Below, in pieces: positions 1 to 10,337 of a DNA stretch of 21,120 nucleotides. The stretch is taken from IMG/VR virus record IMGVR_UViG_2630968336_000003; one strand, given 5' to 3'. The translations under genes and the position numbers were made by a program. A model generated the notes under the pieces. It worked only from the letters and a program-made list of their open reading frames with translations. It was not told where the DNA came from and did not search any database. The stretch comes from a virus. Lineage: Duplodnaviria; Heunggongvirae; Uroviricota; Caudoviricetes. Position 1 is the first letter of the stretch. Every line of letters begins with the position of its first letter.

Positions 1-1284
1 TTACAGACTTCTGGAAGGTTGCGCAGCTCTTACAACACGCGGTTGATCTTCCGCAGCGTCTTCCAGCGCACTTAAATCACGGTCTTTCACCTCTGGCATT
101 TTCAGCGCAGAGATTAAACCAATCACTGAATATGCCATGATCATAATGGCGATCGGATACCAGGATTCCGTCATGGTGCAGAAAATACCCGCCAGGATAG
201 GACCAAAACCGGAAGCGATAAGACCACCAATTTCTTTAGAAATAGCCATCCGGGTAAAGCGGTTTTTACAGCCGAACATTTCTGCCATGGTAATGTTTTC
301 CAGAGCAAATAATCCCAGCACCGCACAGTTATGAATCACAATCAGTGCAACCATAATGGTGCTCGGGGCATAGCTTTTATCTACAATGATAGAAAGCATT
401 GGCCATGCCAGCACAATCGCGGAGGTATTCATAATAATATACGGGATCCGGCGACCAATTTTATCGGATAACCAACCAAGGAACGGAATGGTCATAAAGC
501 CGAGAATCGAACTGATCATCAATGCATCTGTTGGAATTGCTTTGTTAAACAATAACGTCTGCACTAAATAGCCTGCAAGGAAAGTCTGAATTAACCCGGA
601 GTTACCCGCCTGACCAAAACGCAGCCCTGTTGCCAGCCAGAAGGATTTGCTCTGGAACATGCTACCAGCAGGTGCAGGTTTTGCTGTCGGTTGGTTACTG
701 TCGTTAACCTTCTCAAAGACCGGGCTTTCTTTCAGATTCATACGCAACCAGATAGCAAAGACCATCACGACAACACTCGCCAGGAACGGTATACGCCATC
801 CCCACGCCAGCAGTTCCTCTTTACTGAGAATGAAGAACATAAAGGCCCAGATTGCCGTTGCGCTCAAGGTTCCGCAGTTAGTTCCCATAGCCACAAATGA
901 GGAGATAATTCCGCGCTTACCTTTTGGCGCATATTCCGCCAGCATCGTACCGGCACCGGAAATTTCCGCACCTGCACCCAACCCCTGAATAATACGCAAC
1001 GTCACCAGCAAGATGGGTGCAAAAACACCAATCTGTGCATAGGTCGGTAACACACCAATTAAGGTGGTACAGATCCCCATCATGGTGATGGTAATAAAGA
1101 GCACTTTTTTACGCCCTATTCTGTCGCCCATTTTGCCGAAAATAAATGCTCCGACAATACGCGCCACATAACCTGCACCGTAGGTTCCCATTGCCAGAAT
1201 TAACGCCATTGCCGTTGATGATTCAGGAAAAAATATTTCATGAAACACTAACGCTGCGCCGAGCGAATATAACTGGAAATCCAT
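1..1284 (-). CDS. ydfJ: MFS transporter (metabolite:H+ symporter family), apparently 5'-truncated at the prophage junction
   Basis: 427-aa ORF, hydrophobic throughout, with the GDRIGRKK loop motif typical of MFS/MHS transporters. The first residues (MDFQLYSLG) align to the conserved WFDFGVYGF block that normally lies about 25-30 residues into ProP/KgtP-type proteins, so the native N-terminus appears to be missing. Confidence 0.85.
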   Translation of the reverse strand: MDFQLYSLGAALVFHEIFFPESSTAMALILAMGTYGAGYVARIVGAFIFGKMGDRIGRKKVLFITITMMGICTTLIGVLPTYAQIGVFAPILLVTLRIIQGLGAGAEISGAGTMLAEYAPKGKRGIISSFVAMGTNCGTLSATAIWAFMFFILSKEELLAWGWRIPFLASVVVMVFAIWLRMNLKESPVFEKVNDSNQPTAKPAPAGSMFQSKSFWLATGLRFGQAGNSGLIQTFLAGYLVQTLLFNKAIPTDALMISSILGFMTIPFLGWLSDKIGRRIPYIIMNTSAIVLAWPMLSIIVDKSYAPSTIMVALIVIHNCAVLGLFALENITMAEMFGCKNRFTRMAISKEIGGLIASGFGPILAGIFCTMTESWYPIAIMIMAYSVIGLISALKMPEVKDRDLSALEDAAEDQPRVVRAAQPSRSL

Positions 1285-1888
1285 AATTCACAGGTGTTTT
1301 TTCCCATCCTGTGGTTTCCTTGGCGTTTTCTAGGTTTTTTCAGATAGTTGCATTTTTTTAAAAAGCATCCTAAGTTCGATCTCAGTGTCTATCTGGGGCC
1401 TATTTCTGTCCCATATATGCCCCAAAAAAACTCCCCAACAGATAAGTAGTTTTTTCATGGATTTATGCGTAAAATCAAGAACGGCTGGAAATCATTCAAT
1501 ACTCACACTATCGAAAAATTTACCAGCCAATCGCAGCACGTTCTTGCATAAGGTGTGTCTGCGGTTTTTCAACTATTCAGATACATCACTCCCATCACAT
1601 TCATTCCTCCGCATCAAAGGCATATAGGCTATATCACCTTGATATTTTTCTTTTTCAGATAAAAACTGTTATCTATGTATACTTTTAAACCCAATCCGTG
1701 TAGAGTCTCTACATAAGATAGTTTGCAGTTGCCGCTTCAGCTTGCGCCATAAACCGCCTGATTTTTGCTGCCACCTGTTAGCATTCCTGTATACCTGAAA
1801 CGACAATGTTTATCTACGAACTTTAAGAACACCCAAGATAAAAATTGTCAACTATATCATATATAACACATTACTAATTCGAGGCTAT

Positions 1889-2002
1889 ATGAACAGCATA
1901 CTGATAATCACATCTCTCCTTATCATATTCAGCATTTTTAGTCATGCCCTAATAAAATTAGGGATTGGCATATCCAATAACCCAGACAAAACCGATGTAT
2001 AA
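1889..2002 (+). CDS. hypothetical small hydrophobic peptide (37 aa)
   Basis: ATG at 1889 preceded by GAGG 5 nt upstream; product [37 protein letters not shown] has one predicted TM segment. Not in the ORF track because it is short. Confidence 0.3.
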
Positions 2003-2070
2003 GTCAACATATCCTGAATCAGACATACAATATCGCAATGAAAATCAATAATATTTTAAGGAATATCTTC

Positions 2071-2304
2071 ATGAAATCAAAAGACACCCTAAAGTGGTTC
2101 CCTGCGCAGCTTCCTGAAGTAAGAATTATCCTAGGGGATGCTGTAGTGGAAGTAGCAAAACAGGGAAGACCTATCAATACCAGAACATTGCTTGATTACA
2201 TTGAAGGAAACATAAAGAAAAAATCATGGCTGGATAACAAAGAATTATTACAAACAGCGATATCAGTTCTTAAAGACAACCAAAATTTAAATGGTAAAAT
2301 GTAA
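2071..2304 (+). CDS. ydfK: cold-shock-associated small protein YdfK (77 aa)
   Basis: Track ORF 2038..2304; the ATG at 2071 has an AAGGA Shine-Dalgarno 8 nt upstream and gives the 77-aa product MKSKDTLKWFPAQLPEV... Sequence and position (between ydfJ and pinQ) match Qin ydfK as I recall it. Confidence 0.8.
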   Translation: MKSKDTLKWFPAQLPEVRIILGDAVVEVAKQGRPINTRTLLDYIEGNIKKKSWLDNKELLQTAISVLKDNQNLNGKM

Positions 2305-2620
2305 TATAATAAACTTACTTTTTTATCATTTTTCCACTTTAACAACATTTTGCTCCACTTTTCCACGACCAAACAACTTGAAATCTGGTTAAAATAACAC
2401 GCAACACTATTCTTCTTCCTTGAGTCCGCCCGGAACTCGAAAAACAAACCGAGTTAAAGCCATTTTTCACAAAATCGATTTTGGGTCTCACCAAAATTAC
2501 GGGGTTGCATACGCATTCGTTTATTTTCGAACGTGTACATACAAATATGCACAAAAATAATCATAATTATTTTCTGAGATGCATTATGATATGAACACCA
2601 ATTTCGTATAGAGTCTCACT

Positions 2621-3211
2621 ATGTCTCAAATTTTTGCTTACTGTCGGATATCAACGCTGGATCAGACCACCGAAAATCAACGCCGGGAAATCGAAAGTGC
2701 AGGTTTTAAAATCAAACCTCAGCAAATAATCGAAGAACACATTAGCGGCTCAGCAGCAACCAGTGAGCGTCCTGGTTTTAACCGGTTGCTTGCTCGCCTG
2801 AAATGTGGTGATCAATTGATTGTGACAAAACTGGATCGCCTTGGTTGTAATGCAATGGATATCAGGAAAACAGTGGAACAACTGACCGAAACAGGTATCA
2901 GAGTGCATTGCTTAGCATTGGGGGGCATTGACCTGACCAGTCCAACAGGAAAAATGATGATGCAAGTAATTTCAGCAGTCGCTGAATTTGAACGAGACCT
3001 TTTACTTGAACGCACTCATTCCGGGATAGTAAGAGCCCGCGGCGCAGGGAAACGTTTTGGTCGACCACCTGTGTTAAATGAAGAACAGAAACAGGCGGTA
3101 TTCGAACGAATTAAGTCAGGTGTAAGTATAAGTGCCATTGCCCGGGAATTCAAAACCTCGCGGCAAACCATTTTAAGAGCCAAAGCAAAACTTCAGACAC
3201 CTGACATATAA
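2621..3211 (+). CDS. pinQ: serine recombinase / DNA invertase (Gin/Hin/Pin family)
   Basis: 196 aa; N-terminal catalytic-serine motif YCRISTLDQ, resolvase core, C-terminal HTH ([16 protein letters not shown]). Confidence 0.95.
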   Translation: MSQIFAYCRISTLDQTTENQRREIESAGFKIKPQQIIEEHISGSAATSERPGFNRLLARLKCGDQLIVTKLDRLGCNAMDIRKTVEQLTETGIRVHCLALGGIDLTSPTGKMMMQVISAVAEFERDLLLERTHSGIVRARGAGKRFGRPPVLNEEQKQAVFERIKSGVSISAIAREFKTSRQTILRAKAKLQTPDI

Positions 3212-3308
3212 AAAATAATCTCGGTGTGAGATGCTTTACGTCTTCCAAGCCCCCTTCCTTGCCGTAAATGGAAAGATACATCTAATTATAGAATTTATAT
3301 GTTTTACC

Positions 3309-3884
3309 CTACGGCAGTGCTGGCCATTCAATATCCTGTGCAGTTGACGTATCAACACGGTTCAGCAATACCCGATACTTTTTCCATGCTTCCAGCAACG
3401 AGATTTCTTCCTCCGTTGCAATTTCCAGATCTGCAGCATCCTGAAGCGGCGCAATATGCTCACTGGCTACCTGCATCAGGTTGTTTTTTGTTTCTTCCGC
3501 CTCCCGGATCCGGAACAGTTTTTCTGCTTCCGTATCCTTCACCCAGGCTGTGCCGTTCCACTTCTGAAACTCCCCTTCCGGCGATAACCAGGTAACATTT
3601 TCCGGTAACGGACCGAGTTCAGAAATAAATAACGCGTCGCCGGAAGCCACGTCATAAACCGTTTTACCCCGATGATCTTCAACGAGATGCCACGATGACT
3701 CATCACTGTTGAAAACAGCCACGAAGCCAGCCGGAATATCTGGCGGTGCAATATCGGTACTGTTTGCTGGCAGACCTGTATGAGGCGGAATATATGCATC
3801 ACCTTCACCAATAAATTCATTAGTTCCGGCCAGCAGATTATAAATTTTTATGGTCCGTGGTTGTTCACTCATTCTGAATGCCAT
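3309..3884 (-). CDS. tfaQ: tail fibre assembly protein
   Basis: 191-aa ORF immediately downstream of and abutting the stf fragment (stf stop overlaps tfa start at 3884); typical Tfa size and position. Confidence 0.85.
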
Positions 3885-4846
3885 TATGCAAGCCTCACAA
3901 TATAGTTAAATGCGATGTTTTTGACGGTGTTTTCCGCGTTACCAGCAGCGTTAACGGTGATGGTGTGTCCATGTGAACCAATCGCAACGGAGTGCGTATG
4001 AGCACCAATACCGACAGTATGTGCATGCGCGCCTGCGCTTGCAGCAGTGCCGGACAGCGAGTGGGTATGAGCACCATCTGATGATGTCTTCCCTGCATTA
4101 CGAGTCTGGCCACTACCGCTTGTTGTGCTCATAATCCCCGCGCTTAGATTTGAAATCGCGGTATAACCATTAGGGAAAATGCTCGTGTTCGTGCCACCAA
4201 ATGCACCGGAACTCTTGTGTTGGTGCGCACCGGCACTATTTGCGGTCCCGCTAATACTATGGGTATGCGCCCCGGTGTTATTCGTGGATTTGGTTCCGTA
4301 ATCAAACGACGATGTGGTTTCCGTCCCCAAATCCGTACTGGATGCGCTGGCGCTGTGGGTGTGCGATTTAATGCCGTCCTGTTCCTGAGATAATACGGCC
4401 CGACCACTGGCGGGCTTGCCCTTAATCGTCCAGCCACGCATATCAGGGATCACGCCTGACGGATAAGCAACTGCAAGTTTCGGGTATGCAGATTTGTCAA
4501 AAGTCTGCCCCTGCATCAGGGCATAACCAGACGGAACGGTATCTGATGGCCACGGGATTGGTGCACCGACTGGATAAAACTCTGCAGGAGGATGAGCCGA
4601 GGTGTAAAGCTGCGCCCACGGCGACCAGTTTGCGTCGGTCGTATCCCGTCGTGAACGAATAAATGCCGGAGCATGAGCACCGCTTGTACCACTCCAGCCG
4701 ATGAGTAACTCACCTTCGCCAACGGCTGTCATCCCTTTCAGGTGAATGATATTTCCATACGCTGTTGGATATCCGTTGTTATACACCTCGTATAACTCAA
4801 GACCTGCTGCCCCCTGCGTATTGTCTGTCAGCGCGGTTATATTCAC
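3884..4846 (-). CDS. stfQ: side tail fibre protein, C-terminal fragment starting at a deletion junction (likely non-functional)
   Basis: 320-aa ORF with Gly/Ser/Thr-rich sequence and repeated GAHTHS-type motifs. The reading frame opens with GTG inside sequence that is the 3' end of the Nu1 homologue, so there is no native tail-fibre N-terminus. Confidence 0.8.
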
Positions 4847-5366
4847 TCAGCAACCCCGGTATCAGTTCATCCAGCGCGGCTGCTTTGTTCATGGCTTTGA
4901 TGATATCCCGTTTCAGGAAATCAACATGTCGGTTTTCCAGTTCCGGAAAACGCCGCTGCACCGACAGGGGGATCCCGTCGAGAATACTGGCAATTTCACC
5001 TGCGATCCGCGACAGCACGAAAGTACAGAATGCGGTTTCCACCACTTCAGCGGAGTCTCTGGCATTTTTCAGCTCCTGTGCGTCGGCCTGCGCACGCGTA
5101 AGTCGATGGCGTTCGTACTCAATAGTCCCTGGCTGGAGATCTGTCTCGCTGGCCTGCCGCAGTTCTTCAACTTCCCGGCGCAGCTTTTCGTTCTCAATTT
5201 CAGCATCCCTTTCGGCATACCATCTTATAACGGCGGCAGAGTCATAAAGCACCTCATTACCCTTGCCACCGCCTCGCAGAACGGGCATTCCCTGTTCCTG
5301 CCAGTTCTGAATGGTACGGATACTCGCACCGAAAATGTCAGCCAGCTGCTTTTTGTTGACTTCCAT
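4797..5366 (-). CDS. nohA: terminase small subunit, phage lambda Nu1 homologue
   Basis: 189 aa; N-terminus [29 protein letters not shown] and most of the protein match lambda Nu1 as I remember it. The C-terminal ~13 residues ([13 protein letters not shown]) diverge where lambda has IEQSG, coinciding with the junction to stfQ. Confidence 0.95.
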   Translation of the reverse strand: MEVNKKQLADIFGASIRTIQNWQEQGMPVLRGGGKGNEVLYDSAAVIRWYAERDAEIENEKLRREVEELRQASETDLQPGTIEYERHRLTRAQADAQELKNARDSAEVVETAFCTFVLSRIAGEIASILDGIPLSVQRRFPELENRHVDFLKRDIIKAMNKAAALDELIPGLLSEYNRADRQYAGGSRS

Positions 5367-5379
5367 TGTTCATTCCACG

Positions 5380-5585
5380 GCCAAAAACAGAGAAAGGAAA
5401 CGACAGAGGCCCAAAAGCTCGTTTTCAGCACCTGTCGTTTCCTTTCTTTTCAGGGGGTATTTTAAATAAAAACATTAAGTTACGACGAAGAAGAACGGAA
5501 ATGCCTTAAACCGGAAAATTTTCATAAATAGCGAAAACCCGCGAGGTCGCCGCCCCGTAACCTGTCGGATCACCGGAAAGGACCC
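5380..5585 (-). other. lambda-type cohesive end site (cosB-cosN-cosQ region)
   Basis: Minus strand of 5544..5555 reads GGGCGGCGACCT, the lambda 12-nt cohesive end. Flanks match the lambda left end (CTCGCGGGTTTTCGCTATTTATGAAAATTTTCCGG...) and right end (...CCGGTGATCCGACAGGTTACG) from memory; the Nu1 start lies about 190 nt downstream as in lambda. Confidence 0.85.
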
Positions 5586-5754
5586 GTAAAGTGATAATGA
5601 TTATCATCTACATATCACAACGTGCGTGGAGGCCATCAAACCACGTCAAATAATCAATTATGACGCAGGTATCGTATTAATTGATCTGCATCAACTTAAC
5701 GTAAAAACAACTTCAGACAATACAAATCAGCGACACTGAATACGGGGCAACCTC

Positions 5755-5988
5755 ATGTCAACGAAGAACAGAACCCGCAGAACAACAACCCGCAACATCC
5801 GCTTTCCTAACCAAATGATTGAACAAATTAACATCGCTCTTGAGCAAAAAGGGTCCGGGAATTTCTCAGCCTGGGTCATTGAAGCCTGCCGCCGGAGACT
5901 GTGCTCAGAAAAAAGAGTTTCTTCTGAAGCAAACAAAGAAAAGAGTGACATTACTGAATTGCTCAGAAAACAGGTCAGACCAGATTGA
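5755..5988 (+). CDS. ynfO: small basic protein of unknown function (77 aa)
   Basis: ORF with a basic N-terminus (TKNRTRRTTTRNIRFPNQ) in the position of Qin ynfO between cos and ydfO. Confidence 0.65.
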   Translation: MSTKNRTRRTTTRNIRFPNQMIEQINIALEQKGSGNFSAWVIEACRRRLCSEKRVSSEANKEKSDITELLRKQVRPD

Positions 5989-6030
5989 AGCAATTTAGAT
6001 AATCGTGCAGACTACGCCCCCTCATATCAC

Positions 6031-6456
6031 ATGGAAGGTTTATCTATGGATCAGGTAGTCATTTTTAAACAAATATTTGATAAAGTTCGAAACGATTTAA
6101 ACTATCAATGGTTTTATTCTGAGCTAAAACGTCACAATGTCTCACATTACATTTACTATTTAGCCACAGAGAATGTTCATATTGTATTAAAAAATGATAA
6201 TACAGTGTTATTAAAGGGCCTAAAAAACATTGTGTCTGTCAAATTTTCAAAGGATAGGCATCTTATAGAAACGACCTCTAATAAGCTGAAATCCAGAGAG
6301 ATCACATTTCAGGAATACAGAAGAAACCTTGCTAAAGCAGGAGTTTTTCGGTGGGTTACAAATATCCACGAACAAAAAAGATATTACTATACCTTTGATA
6401 ATTCATTACTATTTACTGAAAGCATCCAGAAAACTACACAGATCTTACCACGCTAA
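6031..6456 (+). CDS. ydfO: prophage protein of unknown function (ydfO/ybcV family)
   Basis: 141-aa ORF at the position and size of Qin ydfO. Confidence 0.75.
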
Positions 6457-6607
6457 ACCATAACGTCCGGCTTCTCTCACTCCTGAGCCGGACTGCATTG
6501 GTTTAATAAAAACCATCAACAATTGTGATTTAGATATTCGGAACCATTCAAATATAACAAAACCCCGTAAAAACGAGGTTTATGGATAAATTTTATTATT
6601 GAATACA

Positions 6608-6781
6608 TCAGATTAAATTAATCTTGACATCATAGCTTTCAAGACCCGTCATTTTTTCCCGTGCGGTAAACTGAATACTGGTAACTTCTTTCCCGGTCTT
6701 TTTCTTAAGTTCAATAATTTTTTTTGTTATATATTCAGAAATATCTGCTTCTGCTTTTGTTTTTAAGTTTTCAATATTCAT
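6608..6781 (-). CDS. gnsB: GnsA/GnsB family small protein (57 aa)
   Basis: Hand translation of the minus strand gives MNIENLKTKAEADISEYITKKIIELKKKTGKEVTSIQFTAREKMTGLESYDVKINLI, a clear GnsA/GnsB-type sequence. An ATG one codon upstream would add one Met. Confidence 0.8.
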   Translation of the reverse strand: MNIENLKTKAEADISEYITKKIIELKKKTGKEVTSIQFTAREKMTGLESYDVKINLI

Positions 6782-6952
6782 CATTTCCTCTTTTAGTCTG
6801 TTATGACTTTCCAGTTACACAGTAAGTCGATTATATGGTGCAAACGTGTAAAAGATAAGATGAAACATCGCAATAATCAACATACGATAGTCTAAATTTT
6901 ACACAAACAGACAAAGAGAATTTTCCTGAATTATCAATGCAATAGCATCAAA

Positions 6953-7108
6953 TCAACTCAAGAGCCTTATTGCTGCTTCCAGAATTTCTTCTGAAGTAAC
7001 ATGTCGATCCGCGGCTACATAAATGACTTTATGATCTCCGGTCAGAGATGGAAACCCTGCGGCCATTACAGTAAGGTGTGTTTTTTCGCCATTTGGATAT
7101 TCACGCAT
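6953..7108 (-). CDS. ynfN: cold-shock-induced small protein YnfN (51 aa)
   Basis: Track ORF 6953..7144 (63 aa); starting at the third in-frame Met gives a 51-aa product matching the size I recall for ynfN. Start site uncertain. Confidence 0.6.
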   Translation of the reverse strand: MREYPNGEKTHLTVMAAGFPSLTGDHKVIYVAADRHVTSEEILEAAIRLLS

Positions 7109-7224
7109 GATGGTGTTAACTCCAGTCATCGCTGGCACTACCACTGCTGGTTCAGAGTTAAAAAAACTATGATTTTTTTCATGATGTTACCGTAGTATGT
7201 GAGTATCCATCGAATAGACACCAA

Positions 7225-7250
7225 GCAAAAAAGCTCCCGAAGGAGCCTTC
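7225..7250 (-). terminator. candidate rho-independent terminator
   Basis: GCTCC-CGAA-GGAGC hairpin followed on the minus strand by a U-run (read as TTTTTTGC). Confidence 0.4.
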
Positions 7251-7453
7251 ATTTTCACTTTTTTAAATCCAACGACAGACGGCTGGCATTTAAGTATTGT
7301 GAAATATTATCAAATGTAATCATCATTGATTTACAAAAGATACATTTTGCCCCGAAAGGATTCATGTCAGAAACATCAAAAGATGATGTTCTATACTGGG
7401 AACCATGACAACACGGGCATCTAAAGTGAATATGGTTTGTAATATTGTCTACC

Positions 7454-7666
7454 TCAAAGCGCCACTACATGAACAGCGGCAGGACCTTTAGGTCCGTTCT
7501 CAATACCAAATTCAACTTCCTGATTCTCAGTTAATGTTTTGAAATCGTTGCTCTGAATTGCTGAGAAATGGACAAACACATCTTTGCTGCCATCTTTCGG
7601 CGTGATGAAACCAAAACCTTTTTCAGGGTTAAACCATTTCACTAAACCAGTCATTTTGTTAGACAT
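7454..7666 (-). CDS. cspI: cold shock protein, CspA family
   Basis: 70 aa; [23 protein letters not shown] with RNP1/RNP2 motifs (KGFGFI, VFVHF). Confidence 0.95.
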   Translation of the reverse strand: MSNKMTGLVKWFNPEKGFGFITPKDGSKDVFVHFSAIQSNDFKTLTENQEVEFGIENGPKGPAAVHVVAL

Positions 7667-8028
7667 AATTATTACCTTTTGAAGAAATTAGCCCTTGGGC
7701 AGAATGGTCCGAAAAAAAATATCAGAGAGAAAAACCAACAAGGAAATCTCAAGAGGTACAAATAATAAAATTATAACAATGACTGCTTCAGATAAATTTG
7801 TAACAAACCAGAACACCATTAACGCATGATTAACCACCCATAGCAAGGATTACTTTTGTAAAGAAAAACACAGCAATGAAAGAATAGCTTTATTTATTAA
7901 TAAAACGTGTCATTCTGATTAAGACCTTTTATCTTACCCTTAAGATTTCAGGAATTTTGGCTCATGGAAGAGTCCTTTTTATTTAAATTTTACATTCCGC
8001 GATGTAAATGTTCCGATTTAATATTACC

Positions 8029-9052
<1,024 letters not shown>

Positions 9053-9056
<4 letters not shown>

Positions 9057-9364
9057 AGATATTTATGATGAGGACGCTCGTGCTTATTGGCAGGATTTTC
9101 AATCTTAAAGGAGTACTGATGCTGCAGATAAGACTCAACTTTTTCTGACAATTTTTCTGCTACTTCCAGGAAGACTTGCCGGACGCTCCTTCTGGCTGCT
9201 GCCTCATAAAACTCCAGCGCAGCTCCTTCAACACGGTCCATGGCGACATCCAGGTCAAAAATTTCACCGTCAAAGCGTTCTTTGTCCTGTAAGGCTACAG
9301 TTACCGTAACTTTATTCTCAAAATTACGGACTCCTTTCACAACCAGTTCATAGTCTTGAGTCAT
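9053..9364 (-). CDS. ydfR: protein of unknown function inserted between holin and endolysin
   Basis: 103-aa ORF in the position of Qin ydfR; start overlaps the rrrQ start region. Confidence 0.7.
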
Positions 9365-9368
9365 TGGA

Positions 9369-9584
9369 TTACTCTCCTCTCGCAGCCTTACGCCTGTCTT
9401 CTTTAATCTTGAAATAAAGATTTGTCAGATACGTCAGCAGGCCAAAAACCAGGCTACCCAGCACACCGATTGCAGCCCACTGTGACGGAGTTACTTTATC
9501 GAGTAACTGCAATGCCCAGAAACCAGCATTACCCGCCGATGTGCCATAGGCAACACCTGTTGTTAACTTATCCATTGATTTCAT
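9369..9584 (-). CDS. essQ: pinholin (phage 21 S-like), dual-start motif
   Basis: 71 aa from [26 protein letters not shown]...; closely resembles phage 21 S21 with the MKxM dual-start arrangement and two TM segments. Confidence 0.9.
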   Translation of the reverse strand: MKSMDKLTTGVAYGTSAGNAGFWALQLLDKVTPSQWAAIGVLGSLVFGLLTYLTNLYFKIKEDRRKAARGE

Positions 9585-9803
9585 ATCCTCACCCCGATGT
9601 ACACGGATGGTGCAATATGTTTGAAAAGATCGGAGTCTACGGGGTAGTTTTGACAGCACACGTTGTTCTCAACGGCGCTAAAAAAACATACACATTAAAA
9701 ATGTGGGTAATTATTTTGAAAGAAAGTCATATATAAAATAATAATACGAGAAATGTTTTCATATTTAGTGTACTGTATACGGCCATTTATACAGGAAAAG
9801 CCT

Positions 9804-9974
9804 ATGTCAGAACGTAAAAACTCAAAATCACGCCGTAATTATCTCGTTAAATGTTCCTGCCCAAACTGCACCCAAGAGTCAGAACACAGTTTTTCAAGAG
9901 TACAAAAAGGTGCCCTTTTGATCTGCCCTCATTGCAACAAAGTATTCCAGACAAATCTTAAAGCTGTAGCCTGA
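9804..9974 (+). CDS. small zinc-ribbon-like protein (56 aa)
   Basis: ATG at 9804 with a GGA-containing Shine-Dalgarno (AGGAAAAG) just upstream; product MSERKNSKSRRNYLVKCSCPNCTQESEHSFSRVQKGALLICPHCNKVFQTNLKAVA has paired CxxC motifs. It may correspond to a small protein annotated in K-12 (I think ynfU, but I am not certain). Confidence 0.5.
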   Translation: MSERKNSKSRRNYLVKCSCPNCTQESEHSFSRVQKGALLICPHCNKVFQTNLKAVA

Positions 9975-10032
9975 TTGATTTTATTAGTAACAAGTATTTT
10001 TTATATTTTAATAATATATTTAAAGCAGATAA

Positions 10033-10058
10033 TAAAAAACCCGCCTGAGCGGGTTTGA
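10033..10058 (-). terminator. rho-independent terminator downstream of cspB (bidirectional hairpin)
   Basis: CCCGC-CTGA-GCGGG hairpin flanked by an A-run on one side and T-rich sequence on the other. Confidence 0.7.
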
Positions 10059-10337
10059 GATTGTGGTGCTTTTTGTGGGAGTCATCCACTTACGCACTTT
10101 GTTTTGCCATGCCAGCAGTTAGCTTCTGCTGTAAAACTATTCATGCAGCAAACCTGCACTTCACCACAATGGTTAGCATACTTTTCCTGATTAAGATTTT
10201 GCCAAATATGCTAGCCATTGTTTCATGTATTGGACCTCCTTACTTTTTATTAAAGAGATCCAATATTCACTACTCTGTCCGTATCTCTACTCAGGCATCA
10301 GCCTTCTTCGTTATCGTATACAGACGAGCGATGAATT

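Noticed and set aside
1385-1627. 80-aa ORF on the + strand just inside the prophage junction
   Set aside because: No convincing Shine-Dalgarno, odd composition, and it lies in AT-rich junction DNA; more likely a chance frame.
3884-4846. Repeated GAHTHS / GAHAHT / GSHGHT motifs, which at first looked like a tandem DNA repeat
   Set aside because: They are in-frame protein repeats of the tail-fibre C-terminal domain, irregularly spaced, with no repeat-spacer periodicity; not a CRISPR array or satellite repeat.
4746-5465. 239-aa and 160-aa ORFs on the + strand
   Set aside because: Antisense to the well-supported nohA (lambda Nu1 homologue) and stfQ frames; shadow ORFs.
9773-9794. Possible LexA (SOS) box
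   Set aside because: The CTGT ... ACAG arms are separated by 14 nt rather than the 8 nt of a LexA site; kept only as a generic inverted repeat in the finding above.
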